Of a stretch of 64,000 nt of DNA, positions 28,651 through 41,165 are shown piece by piece. The notes under the pieces are model-generated. The model made no database searches and had not been told where the DNA came from. It was given only the letters and a program-made list of their open reading frames with translations. Position numbers and translations under genes: made by a program. The stretch's first letter is position 1; the number at the start of each line of letters is the position of its first letter. Location: assembly GCA_009914755.4 (NCBI GenBank), contig CP068257.2, positions 30,912,001 through 30,976,000 of the forward strand, given 5' to 3'. The DNA is from the human T2T-CHM13v2.0 reference genome, Homo sapiens.

Positions 28651-29520
28651 TCTCCCTCCCCTCAGGCCTCCCTGTTCCCTGAAACGCAATTGTGGGATTA
28701 CACCATTAATAACCTACAACGGCCTCTAAGTGTTCAAGTAAAAGGAAGAGACACACATCTCTCACTTTAAATCGAAAGCTAGAGTTGATTAAGCTTAGTA
28801 GGGAAAGCCTGTTCCAAGTTGAGATAGGCTGAAAGCAAGGCCTTTTGCACCCAGGAGTTAGCCCAGTTGTGAATGCAAAGAAAAACCTCTTAAAGGAAAT
28901 TAAAAGTGCTGCTCTAGTGAACACATGAATGACAAGAAAGCGAAACAGCCTTATTACAGTGGTCTAGATAGATCAAACCAACCACAGCGTTCCCTCAGGC
29001 CAAAGCCTACTCCAGAGCAAGGAACTCTCCTCAGTTCCACAAAGGCTGAGAGGAGTGAGAAAGCTACAGAAGAAAAGTTTGAAAGTAGCAGAGATTGGTT
29101 CATGAGGTCTAAGGAAATAAACCATGTCCACAACATAAAAGTGCTTCCCTCCAATAAAATGTCATGAAATAAGAACTTTTTACAAATGTGCTCATTGCTG
29201 ATTCCCTAGCCCTAAAACAATGCCTGCCACATGGTGACCATTGAATAGCTACGGGATGACGGGTCAGAAGGGGCATCAGGATGAATGATCACTCATGAAC
29301 AAGGCAAAACAAAGGACATTTTCAGATGAGCCAAAATTGAAAGAGTTGATTGCCCCCATCTCTTCATGCTCGTCAACTAGAAGGAAACTGTGCCCAAGAA
29401 ACGGGAAAGAAGCGCCCCAAATTCTGCATAAATTTAAAAAGTTTAAAGTAAACACTGGCTATGTAAACACCACAGTGATAATCATAACTAATACTGAGGG
29501 TAAAGACAACTTAGAGTAAA
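28307..29520 (+). mobile_element. Tigger1-like (pogo/Tc1-mariner superfamily) DNA transposon covering the 5' TIR and the N-terminal half of the transposase. The ORF is decayed.
   Basis: The 5' terminus CAGGTGGACCTCGTTTTATTGCGCC..TTTTACAAATTGAAAGTTTGTGGCAAC..GCCATTTTTCCAAC resembles the Tigger1 consensus terminus. + strand frames translate to KRKRHTSLTLNRKLELIKLS (a CENP-B-like HTH) and STKAERSEKATEEKFESSRDWFMRSKEINHVHNIKV, which is about 70% identical to the Tigger1 transposase as recalled. The ORF is interrupted by stops and frameshifts. Confidence 0.7.
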
Positions 29521-30678
29521 AATCCTGGCAGAAGCCAACACAATGACATGAGAGATTGGGGAGGAGAATCAGAACTAGAAGACTCTTGAGTTGGTTGTAG
29601 AGGACGGTAAGGATACTGATACATTTTCTTTACCAAGATAGGTTCCTGCAGAGGTCGTGAAGCTGCTGTGGTCATTTGCTGGCAGCGACGTGAAGATAGA
29701 ATTCTTTCCTGACTCAACCAGGGGCACTCTCGTCTCCTCCCCGTGAGACCCGCAATGCAGGAAGCACCCACAGCTGCATGGACAGAACTGGGGCCTGGGA
29801 AAGAGGCCAGGAAGGTGCCAGATGAGAGGGCGCTCCATCAGGGTGGCAGCAATGCCATGGGCTGGCAAATGGAGAAAGGGGAACAAAGCACCCAAGTGCA
29901 TCTAGCCCCAGCCACACGCCTTCTGCTGGGAGTGTGCTCAGAGGGAAGTGACCGCTAGGATTCGGAATCTCCAGTCACGGCCCCTGGAGACCGGCATGTG
30001 GGCTGTGTGTGGGGTGGAGGGCTGGGGGTGTTGGCAAGTCTCACAGGTGAGGACCCAACGAGGGAATCAGACAAAAAGTGGCCACAAATTAGGCAGCTCC
30101 AGGAAGGACATGTCCTTGCCATAGTAAGATGTTCTGCTCACGCGTATCCACGAGAAAGCCCCGCATTTCACGGGGAGCATAGAAACAGGAGTCCCCAACT
30201 CTGCTCACCAGCTCCTCCGGCTGCTGCCATCTGCTCCTGCAGCATGGCGGCCTGGGAAGCCTGCACTGGTGATTTTCTGCCACTCAAGTTTTGCAGACTT
30301 CGGGAAGATGGATGCATAGCCTGGGGCAATGACAGTCACAGGCCCGCCTTGTCACAAGGTCCCTGGAGCGGGCAATGCCTTGAGCCCAAAGGCTGGGAGC
30401 ACAAAGCCATCTTCAGCCATCCTCGATTTCCAGCAAGACCCCAGGGCTCACCCAACAGCCCGACACTCCATACTACAAGGTGGGTTAATTTTTTTAAAGA
30501 CTCTGCAGAAATATACCAACTACAGAGCTCAGGAAAGCAACTGATTTATAAAACCCAATCCAAGTTGTTTGCTTTTATAGCATTAGAGACATGTCTGAAG
30601 AACTTCAAGTTTTTATCTATAGAAACATAATTAGTTTAATAAATTACTAGGTCTATTTTGAATAACAAATTGAGTACT

Positions 30679-30684
30679 TTTATT
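30679..30684 (-). terminator. TCP10L: AATAAA polyadenylation signal for TCP10L, about 90 nt downstream of the stop codon.
   Basis: The forward-strand TTTATT at 30679-30684 reads AATAAA on the minus strand. It is the first canonical hexamer after the stop, giving an expected cleavage site near 30655-30660. Confidence 0.5.
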
Positions 30685-30770
30685 AGACCTAAGTGGAACT
30701 TTATCTGAATCTGAATTTTCCAAGGGGCCAGTGTAGAGTGACACAGGTGTCCGAGGCCACCTTTCCATCT

Positions 30771-30920
30771 TCAGACACCCCCCCGTCTCTCTGCACAGGG
30801 AGTTGGCCTTCCAGTAGGTGTTGCTCTTCTGTCTTGACGTCTCCTGGAAAGATTTTTATCTCTATTTTCCTGTGGTGGTGTTTTCCACGAGCTAATTCTT
30901 TCTATCTTTAAACTCATTGG
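30771..30920 (-). CDS. TCP10L: TCP10L terminal coding exon, encoding PMSLKIERISSWKTPPQENRDKNLSRRRQDRRATPTGRPTPCAERRGGV followed by a stop. The 3' UTR continues to about 30655.
   Basis: The acceptor is tttgttttcAG|CCAATGAG, with the AG at 30922-30921. The TGA stop lies at 30773-30771 on the minus strand. The four exons sum to 48+72+46+49 = 215 aa, matching the known protein length. Confidence 0.85.
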   Translation of the reverse strand, partial: PMSLKIERISSWKTPPQENRDKNLSRRRQDRRATPTGRPTPCAERRGGV

Positions 30921-32690
30921 CTGAAAACAAATGTGGGAATATTTTTGCATTAGTAACAATTATATTATTTTTAAATGTTAAGCAACACATCATACCAGCT
31001 ATCACAGAATGTAGATGATTCTACTCCCCCTTCCTACAGAAGGACACATGAGGTATCCACACTTAGTGTCTCTCATTCCCCATTTTACAGCCCACGCTCT
31101 TGTGAAATTTGGGATTCCAATACATGGCTGATATTGTAAAGTCAACAGTGAAATAAAGTGCTTGAAACTCAATTCAAAAATGCATAATAAAAATAATTTT
31201 CTACATTTTGCACTATTTAACAATTGATGGTTTCAAGGCGTGGATAAGCCACCCATTCAGTTATCTATTTACTCGTACATTGCCCCGCATGCCTGTGATT
31301 AACTCAGGTCAATGATGGAGCATGAGAGAAGTCCGCGTCTCACAGGAGGCTGGGCCTGTGCAGTCCACCCTGGGACTTACGATGTTTTGTACTCATAGGA
31401 TCTGAAAAGGCTCTTTTCCTACTTGTGACAAATGCTTGGAGTAGATTTCTGATCTTCCTTCAGGGAATAAAGTGTTATCTGCTCAGCAGTTGCTTTGGGA
31501 AAGAATGCGAGGGGATAAATCATCTTCAGGAGTTGGGGGCGCCTTCTCCATCCACATCAACCCAGTATCAGTTGCTGGCTGTGGACTCACGAGATTTGCT
31601 TCCTGAGTATGAGGGTGACACAAAGCTGGGACAGGAAGAGACACACTGGCTGGGAGAATGTTCTAAAGAGGAGCTAATTTTAACAAAGAAAAATGTGATA
31701 GAGACTGCCGAGACCAGCTCGGTCAGGAAGACCCTAACCCAGCAGTGCTAGAGGAATTAAAGACATACGCACGGAAGTATAGCATGTGGAGTGGGAAATC
31801 AGGGCACTCACAGCCTTCAGAGCTGAGAGCCGTGAACAGAGATTTACCCACATATTTATTGACAGCAAGCCAGTGATAAATTGTTTCTATAGATTATAGA
31901 TTAACTAAAAGTATTCCTTATGGGAAACAAAGGGATGGGCCAAAACAAAGGGATGGGCTCTGGCTAGATATCCACAGCAGAAACATGTCCTTAAGGCACA
32001 GATCGCTCATGCTACTGTTTGTGGTTTAAGAACGCCTTTAAGCGGTTTTCCACCCTGGGTGGGCCAGGTGTTCCTTGCCATCATTCTGGTAAACCCACAA
32101 CCTTCAGCGTGGGCATCATGGCCATCACGAACATGTCACAGTGCTGCAGAGATTTTGTTTGTGGCCAGTTTTGGGGCCAGTTTATGGCCAGATCTGGGGG
32201 CCTATTCCCAACAAGAGACAAAATAGCATCCTGTACTGTGGCTCCCAAGCTAACAGCGCCACCCCTGTTCAGAGGAGTCCACGCCGACAAGCAGCAGGTG
32301 CAAGACCGCAGTGCAGAAGCAGGGAGCACGGGAGGCTGCGAGCCCTCAGACTCACGGGTGGAGACAGTGCCACACACATCACCTCCGCAGCCTGCACCCA
32401 CGGAAACAAAGCCCCCAAGTCCCCTCGGCCCCAGCCAGACGCTTGCTGCTGTGAGTGTACTCAGAGGGAAGCAGCCGGGAGGACTTGGAATCTGCTCCAC
32501 AGCAAGAAGTGCTAAGGGTTAGGATCTTGTTTGAAAGGCATGTACCCGTGTCCTTGGAAGAACACAGGACTCCAGGGAGCACCATGCTCACCCAGGGAGG
32601 TGAAATTGTGTGGTGAGGAGCTGATGGGATGTGTGTGTTTGGGTACAGAACCTCTGCTTCTCTTTACAGATGATAAGCACAAAGGGTCAC

Positions 32691-32828
32691 CTTTGGAGGA
32701 GCTGAATTGTTAGATGACGATCTTTGTCCCAGGAGAGTGGCACTCTGATTCTTGTGGCCAGCGTATTTGGGTATTGTCTCTTCATCAGCTGACAGAGGTG
32801 AAATTTTTCCAAAAGCAGGTTCCAATGC
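32691..32828 (-). CDS. TCP10L: TCP10L coding exon 3, encoding ALEPAFGKISPLSADEETIPKYAGHKNQSATLLGQRSSSNNSAPPK.
   Basis: The acceptor is tttgtcttttAG|GCATTGG, with the AG at 32830-32829. There are 46 in-frame codons and a donor AAG|GTGACC at 32690-32689. The frame continues into exon 4. Confidence 0.85.
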
Positions 32829-34076
32829 CTAAAAGACAAAATGCAGGGAAATTCTTCACATTTTCGAAGGTAAAATAAATTCAAATTTTAATACAATGAA
32901 GAATAATTGGAATGTCCTAGAAAAAAATAGGGTACAAGGTAGGGGGACTTGGACTGGGTTTTCCCCCTAATATGTTGATAAGAACAGAAACCCTCACCAA
33001 GCGTTTGTGAAGGAACCTTTGTGGAGCCGATGTTTGCTTTGTGTTTCTTATTGTGGTTCCTTGTTTCAAAATGATCACAGGATCCCAAAGGCTACAGAAC
33101 AAACAATCCCCAACATATCTTCCTTTAGGCTCCTGTGTCTTCAACCGGGAGTGTGTTAACGGAGGAAGAAAATGTGATACTACTTCTAGTGTTGTCTCTA
33201 CAACTTGTCTAAGATCCAAAATGCAAATTCCCAACTTTCCCTGTTATCAGCAGACTGACCTGGAACAGGGTGATCCTTCAGGTGGGATGAGGTATATTAG
33301 GTCTGGAATGCTAAATTATTCACCGTTCTGCCCTCTGAGGAGGAGAAGGGAATGAGAAGGGGAGAGGGTTGCTATGAACGAACCCTTAATATCAGATCCA
33401 GAGTGGCTCACCCACACAGCCATGCCCGCGTTCTGTGGGTGCTCGAGTCTCAGCCTTTTAGATATTCAGTCCCTAAAACGGCGACTACACACAGATACAC
33501 CTTCGCATATTTAAAGTGTGGGATTCACATATCCCATCCTGTTTCTTCAAATCAGGTATGCTCTTGTGAGCGTACATCCTGTTCTTATAAATAGCCCCAC
33601 GGTGACCAGTGCAATGCACAGAATGGAAAAATATTTGGAAATTCACCAAGCTCTAATCTCAAAATAAGAGAATGATCAAAACTGCAGGGCATGTGAAGAC
33701 TGAATAAGACTTCATTGACTCTTAGGGTAATTGTTATACAATGACCCAAATGGGGCAGTAGATACTATTTTTTAGGAACTGGCATACAATATATGTAGGG
33801 AAAAAAATCCCTGTGAGTCTTCTTGGGTTCTCCCCACAGAAGGTGGACAATCCCGGCCAGTATTTGTGGCAATTTCCCCCACTCTTCCTCTGACAGAGGA
33901 ACAGCCTGCCCAGCTTCTGCTCTTCCTTCCGCAGAAGGACTCGGCGCTTTGCTGTGCTGAGAGGCTAAACTCACTTTCTTTCTGAGGCAGCAGAAGCCAT
34001 CTCCATGGAAACAAAGCTCTCGCAGAGCTCCCGAAGAGTGGGAATAACTTCCAAGATTTCCCGTAATTTCTTGTAG

Positions 34077-34401
<325 letters not shown>

Positions 34402-34471
34402 TGTGGCTGTTTTTGCTGTGCTTGGAGAACAAACCACAGAGCAGTCTCCTCTGGAATGTATTCGGTGGGTG

Positions 34472-34473
<2 letters not shown>

Positions 34474-34516
<43 letters not shown>
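34474..34516. repeat. (GT)n dinucleotide microsatellite of about 21 units.
   Basis: A perfect TG run at 34474-34516. Confidence 0.95.
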
Positions 34517-34517
<1 letters not shown>

Positions 34518-35744
34518 GTAATCACTGTGCTGTATCGGAAATATTCTAAGTCCTGGAAGTACCGATTTAAAAGTTCACACAATAAATGCAGCTAGGAAAT
34601 GTTAGTACTTTTCTTAATCCACTAAGAAATATCCCCACTTACGTTTGGAGGGTGTTCATGTGGTTTCATGTGTTGTTACCTGTATGTATAATTTTAATGA
34701 TTCAAGTTATTTAGATCCATATGCAGGAAACAGAACCCAGACAAGGCAGTGATAACACTGGCCACATTCACACTCTCTTAGGCTGGTTCTTTGAGCGGTG
34801 TGATCAAACGTGAAAGCTCAGTGTTCTGTAGAGGCAGGCTGGTGCTGGGAGGCACCCACTACTTCAGCATGAGAATGCTGGTTCTTCGTTCGGGATAGAG
34901 CAGGTTAGTGATACAGGATGGGGGCAGGAAAGTCCTGGGTGGAGAAGAACGGGGTCCCTGGCTAGGGCTCGACCCCTGGGCCTGTGCCCATGGACCTACG
35001 CATTTCTGCTTTTGTGCCCAAATGTTGCATTTCCCAAGACCACCGTGGCCTGCCACACTCCCATCCTATGCCTATAAAAACCCCAAGACCCTAGCGGGCA
35101 GAGACCAAGCGGCTGGATGTCGAGAAGAACACACCGGCAGAAGAGCACACCAGCAGACACAGCAGACGCCAGCAGGCCATCGACTGGCGGAATGACACGG
35201 AGTTTGCTTGGGGTGGTCAGGGGAGAGCCCGGTCACTGGGCAGCCCAACTCCCAAGGGGAAAACTGCCTTCCCACTCCATCTCCCTTCTGGCTCCCCCAT
35301 CTGCTGACAGGTATCACCACTCAATAAAAAACCTTGCACCCATCCTCCAAGCCCATGTGTGATCTGATTTTTCAGGTACACCAAGGCAAGAACCCAGGAT
35401 ACAGAAAGCCCTCTGTCCTTGTGATAAGGCAGAGGGTCTAATTGAGCTGATAAACACAAGCTGCCTACGGAGGGGTAAACTGAAAGAGCTCCCGCACTGT
35501 AACACACACCCTCTGGGGCTTCAGCTGGAAACATTCACCCCCAGACACTGCCGTGGGGTCAGAGCCCCATAGCCTGCCGGTCTGTACACTCCCCTAGAGG
35601 TTTGAGCAGTGGGGAACCAAAGAAGCGAGCCACACCCCCATCGCACACCCTGCGAGGGGGACAAGGGAACTTTTCCCGTTTCAACAGGTCTCTATTGCAT
35701 TCTACACAGCTGTCCTAGAGGATGAACAGAAGGACACCAGGCTA

Positions 35745-35945
35745 CTGAGCTGGCTCTGGAGTCACCCTGGGTTCAAATCCCAGCTCTACGTTCTCCAGCC
35801 CGTGGCCACGATGGGGTTAGTAATAGGATCCATTTCATAGGGTCGTCATAGAGAGTAAGACCGTAAAGCTCCGTACCTAGCCCATGTAAAGTCCACAGTA
35901 AGGGTTTGCTGCTGTTGTCCTGAGACATCATGAGATGTCTTAGAA
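35745..35945 (+). mobile_element. MIR (mammalian-wide interspersed repeat) core region.
   Basis: ccctgggttcaaatcccagctct...ataggatccatttcatagggtcgtcatagagagtaagaccgtaaagctccgtacctagcccatgtaaagtccacagtaagg matches the MIR consensus core (cctgggttcaaatcccagctc...tcatagggttgttgtgaggattaaatgagataatgcatgtaaagcgcttagcacagtgcctggcacatagtaagtgc). Confidence 0.7.
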
Positions 35946-36198
35946 TTCTGGACTTGAGACACACGGCCTGGGGGCGGCAATGCTTCTGTCTGCTGGAGTG
36001 CCAGGTGAGAGGCCTGATGTATCCAGTTCTTATTAATCATTACTTACGGGAAATGGAGTTGATGGAAAGATAGCAACCCCTCCCACCACCCGGAGCGTGA
36101 GTGATACCGCGTCATTCAGCAATAAAGCCCACATCTTTATGGGGACGCTATTTTTACATAACGCAAACGGTACAAAAACATAAATGCGCTTTTGGTAC

Positions 36199-36414
36199 CA
36201 GAGTGTGCGATTCTTGCCCCGCGTGTGGGGACGCTGCAGATTTCTTCCTGGCTTTCCACCGCTGCAGCTGCAGAGCTCTCAGCTTTTCTCGGAGCTCCAT
36301 GTTCTGCTCCCTCAAAGCATCTATATGACTCCGGAGTTTTCCATGAACATCAGCCCACAGAGACTTCTGTCTCCCAAGCTCTTGGTGGAGTCTGATGATC
36401 TGCTGCTGTAATGG
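36199..36414 (-). CDS. TCP10L: TCP10L coding exon 2, encoding the leucine-zipper/coiled-coil region PLQQQIIRLHQELGRQKSLWADVHGKLRSHIDALREQNMELREKLRALQLQRWKARKKSAASPHAGQESHTL.
   Basis: The acceptor is tgttctcttcccaataacAG|CCATTACAG, with the AG at 36416-36415. There are 72 in-frame codons with a heptad-like L/I periodicity. A GT donor (gtacca) lies at 36198-36197. The frame is contiguous with exon 1 (phase 0) and exon 3 (phase 0). Confidence 0.85.
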
Positions 36415-36546
36415 CTGTTATTGGGAAGAGAACACCAGAAAAACCTCTCAGATGTCACAATGGGCACATTTATCTGCAAAATACTCAAGCCCTCTCTGAT
36501 GTAAGACCAACACTATTTCTGGAATAAAAGACACCCGATGAGATAA

Positions 36547-36942
<396 letters not shown>

Positions 36943-36985
36943 TAACCAGATAAAGATGGTTAGTGAATTATGATTTTTTTGTTAA

Positions 36986-37291
<306 letters not shown>

Positions 37292-37308
37292 TAAAAATTA
37301 TGGAAGCC

Positions 37309-37636
<328 letters not shown>

Positions 37637-38161
37637 TCAACCTAACATGTTAGCCTTCCCCTGGGATCCTTCACTGGATCGTAGAGCCTCCAGCCTTGCT
37701 CTGAGAATAAGTGGGATCGTGATAAAGGTACAGTCCTGCACTGGGTGGCCCTGGCCACAGGGACCCGTGGGACTTTAATGACAGCAAGCACTGTCCAACA
37801 GGGTCCAATGAGGAAGATGGTAAAAATCAGGAAACTTGCTGGGATGATGTGAGGCATGTCAACTTTCTGATTTTCTTTAATGAAGTTTTTAAAGTCTGGT
37901 GCCTTCTCCTGGATTAGAGGAGAAAAGCTGGAATGTTAATATTTTCTTTAACTCCCTGCCCTGCCTCCCATCCACCAAGAGATACGGTTGCAGAGGGGGA
38001 AAGAGCCACATGCCCCTTGGAGAGGAAGTACAGAATCAGTGTCCCGGGGTGGTGCATTCCTACAGGGGTCCAGCAAGGGAAAGTCCAATGACGGGCCTCA
38101 GGGACAGGAATCAGGGTCCCGCCTGGTGGGACTAACTCTGTCCCCACAGAGCTCAACTCAC

Positions 38162-38305
38162 TGGCATCTCCCCAGTGTTGCAGTCCTCCGTGAGAACCTC
38201 GGCTGCCACAGCTGTCTTCTCCATGACAGCCCCAGCTCCTGGGCACGGGTCCTCTGGGTGGGTGCCCTCTTTGGGGTCCCTGGCCTCGAGTTGACCTGCC
38301 AGCAT
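38162..38305 (-). CDS. TCP10L: TCP10L coding exon 1. The ATG is at 38305-38303 and the exon encodes MLAGQLEARDPKEGTHPEDPCPGAGAVMEKTAVAAEVLTEDCNTGEMP. The 5' UTR extends upstream to higher coordinates.
   Basis: The minus-strand ORF reads MLAGQLEARDPKEGTHPEDPCPGAGAVMEKTAVAAEVLTEDCNTGEMP, which matches the TCP10/TCP10L N-terminus as recalled. It is followed directly by a consensus GTGAGT donor at 38161-38156. Phase 0 into exon 2 keeps the frame open across all four exons, and the summed CDS is 215 aa. Confidence 0.85.
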
Positions 38306-38593
38306 CCTGGTTGGGAAGGGAAGGGCTATGGGGACACTTGAATGCAGCCCTCCTACCCCGTCAGTGTGGGCTGAAGGCCCCAGCCCCAAACTAAGGGTGA
38401 GCAGGACCCGCAGCCGCTCCTTCTCCCCCTGGGTCATGTGCACATTCCCAGGCCCGAAGCTGACCAGGTGAAAGGACACCACAGACAGAGGGACTGAGCT
38501 GTCCACACCTGGCTCTCCACCATCCTCCGTGGAAAATGCTTTAGATCCTAGAAGATCAGCCTGACACCTAACACACTCCAGTCATCCAAAGAG

Positions 38594-38757
38594 GGGTGTG
38601 AGTGGGGTGTGAGCCGGTGTGAGTGGGATGTGAGTGGGTTGTGAGCAGGATATGAGCGGAATGTGAATGGATGTGAGCGGATGTGAGCACGATGGTCTTG
38701 GGGTATGAGCAGGTGTGAGTGGAATGGTCTCAGGGTGTGAGCAGGTGTGAGTGGAGG
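38594..38757. repeat. Minisatellite (GTGTGAGYGG)n of about 16 units, lying 290-450 bp upstream of the TCP10L ATG in the proximal promoter region.
   Basis: Units of about 10 bp (gtgtgagtgg, atgtgagcgg, gtgtgagcagg) recur in tandem. Confidence 0.8.
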
Positions 38758-40197
38758 GTCGCATGAGACACCGAGGGAATTCTCAGCCCTTTAATCAGCA
38801 CCCACCTGGAGGGGCACAGGCAGACCCTCCACCGTGTTGAGTATGTGTCTTGAACCATCAGGGTGACATTTGTGAATTCATGGTGAAGATGTGGAAAGGA
38901 AACACCTTTTTATAGGTACAGCATTTATGCCAGTTCTAGGAAGTTCACAGCAATTAGAGAACAAAAACGAAAGAGAAAAACGCAAAGCTTTCCTGCAAGC
39001 CTGCAGGGTCGTCTCTGAAAGCTGCCTCCACCCCTGCCTTGCCCTGTCCGTTTTAGGAAGCCAGTGGCCCCCAACGAAACCCCGACTGTTTAATTCATAA
39101 ACTTCTAACTGTGTGAGAAGGAACAGTTTAACCACAGTGATCGGAGAAATGCTATTTAAAAGAGAGTCTCCTGATGGAAGCGAATCGAAGGTCTAGAGCA
39201 AGACCTACCAGTAACCAGATCACTGCCATTCCTTCCCCGCGGAGACTGGGAATGTTTCTGCGGAAGTGGGCTGGGGTCACGGTCCTCACAGCCCTGAGAA
39301 AGCTCCTTCTTTCCTGCTCCTCTGAGGGGACACCCCAGTGTCCTCGGCCCCAAACTCATGACCCCCTCAGTCCAGGGAAGACCCTTTCCTTCAGCCCCAC
39401 CACCAGACCTCGTCACCTCACCTGGTCCCCAACAGTCACTACTGCCAGGATCAGATCATCTGGGCCATGTCCCCACAGTTGTCCCCAAGCCCTCCTGCCT
39501 CATATCCAGAGACCAGAGAGCAGCGGACAGTTCCAACGGACTTTCTGTCTTAAAGGGACATGAACGTCTCACTCAGCGTCACCACTGTACCAGCTCAGAT
39601 AATAATTAAACATCCCCAAACCTGCAATTCTTAATATAGAAGCTCATCGTCAGTGGAGTCCATCCATCCACAAAGGACATTGGAGAGAGTCAAACTACTC
39701 CTCCAAATTGACAAAAACCATGTGTTTTATATCCAGTCTTCAATACGCAACGTGTAGTAAGAGCTCATTTCTCTGAGCATACATTCTTGGAGAAATACAA
39801 ACTTTCTTCGGATATCAAATTATTTACTAGAAAAAACATTTTTATGAAGGGAAAATAATATATGTGAGTTTAAATAGGAGACAGGATTCAAAGTTTCATC
39901 ATTTCACTAAATGCATCTCCATCTGAATTGTCCGTGTGATTTTTGTGATAGAGAAGAGAATGAGGAGCAAGCAAGAGTCGATATTCCTGTTAAACCCTGG
40001 CTGTCCTTCTCATCCATGGTGCTGCGTGTGGACAACATACACCTGGGGCTCACCTGAGCCTGCTTGGGACGTGTGTCACTTGGATAGTTCTGCAAGCGAT
40101 TCGCATGCAATAGGCAGTAAATGCCGACGTCATGAATGAATGAAGAGAATACTACAAAGAGGAAACAGAAGGCACTTTTGTCCCCATGTGTCATTCT

Positions 40198-41165
40198 AAC
40201 TGTGAGAGTGTGTGTGTGTGTCTTGAGGTGTGCGAGTGTGTGTGTGTGTGTCCTGAGGTGCGTGAGAGGTTGTATGTTTGTCCTGAAGTGTGTGAGAGTT
40301 TATATAGGTTTCTGAGGTATGTGAGGGGTTGTGTGTGTCCCTGAGGTGTATGAGGTGTGTGTGGGTCCTGAGGTGTGTGAGTGGTTGTGTGTGGGTCCCT
40401 GAGGTGTGTGAGAGGTTGTGTGTGGGTCCTAAGGTGTGTGAGTGGTTGTGTGTGGGTCCTAAGGTGTGTGAGAGGTTGTGTGTGGGTCCTAAGGTGTGTG
40501 AGTGGTTGTGTGTGGGTCCTAAGGTGTGTGAGAGGTTGTGTGAGTCCTGAGGTGTGTGAGAGGATTGTGTGTGAGTCCTGAGGTGTGTGAGGGGTTATGT
40601 ATGGGCCCCTGAGGTGTGTGAGGGGTTTTATGTGTGTCCTGAGAAGTGTGATGAATTGTGTGGGTCCTGAGGTGTGTGAGGGTTTGTGTATGAGACCCTG
40701 AGGTGTGTCAACATTGTGTGTGAGACCCTGAGGTGTGTGAGGGGTTGTGTGTGGATTCCTGAGGTGTGTGAGGGCTTGTGTGTATGAGCCTGAGGTGTGT
40801 GGGTTCCTTATATGGGTTCCTGAGGTGTGTGAGGGGTTGTGTGTGTGTCCTGAGGTGTGTGAGGGGTTGTGCTTGGGTCCTGGGGTGTGTGAGTGGGTGT
40901 TTGTCCTGAGGTGTGTGAGAGGTTGTGTGTGTGTCCTGAGGTGTGTGAGAGTTTGCGTAGGTTCCTGAGGTATGTGAGGGGTTGTGTGTGTCCTGAGGTG
41001 TGTGAGAGGTTGTGTGAGTCCCTGGGGTGTGTGAGAGTTTGTGTAGGTTTCTGAGGTGTGTGAGAGTTTGTGTAGCTTCCTGAGGTGTGTGAGAGGTTGT
41101 GTGAGTCCCTGAGGTGCGTGAGGGGTTGTGTGTGTCCTGAAGTGTGTGAGAGGTTGTGTAGGTTT
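40198..41165. repeat. GT-rich minisatellite or VNTR, about 1 kb with a unit of roughly 31 bp (cctgaggtgtgtgagaggttgtgtgtgggt) in about 30 copies. It lies roughly 2-3 kb upstream of TCP10L.
   Basis: Imperfect tandem copies are visible from 40198 to 41165. ORF-track entries 40708..41313(-), 40329..40550(+) and 40381..40581(+) are periodic translations of this array. Confidence 0.85.

Noticed and set aside
28706-29519. Short ORFs resembling a pogo/Tigger transposase, raising the possibility of a domesticated TIGD-like gene.
   Set aside because: The reading frame is broken by multiple stops and frameshifts, and only the N-terminal half is present. This is a decayed Tigger1 copy, not an intact TIGD gene.
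29998-30630. The longest ORF in the window, 210 aa on the plus strand.
   Set aside because: It has no recognisable domain and no splice-site support, and its composition is driven by GC-rich non-coding DNA. It lies in the TCP10L 3' flank and overlaps one copy of the ~230-bp dispersed repeat. It is most likely a chance ORF.
32019-32522. A cluster of overlapping ORFs on both strands (167 aa on the plus strand, 139 aa on the minus strand, 124 aa on the plus strand).
   Set aside because: Overlapping ORFs in several frames and on both strands are typical of GC-rich non-coding DNA. The region lies within TCP10L intron 3 and includes the second ~230-bp repeat copy.
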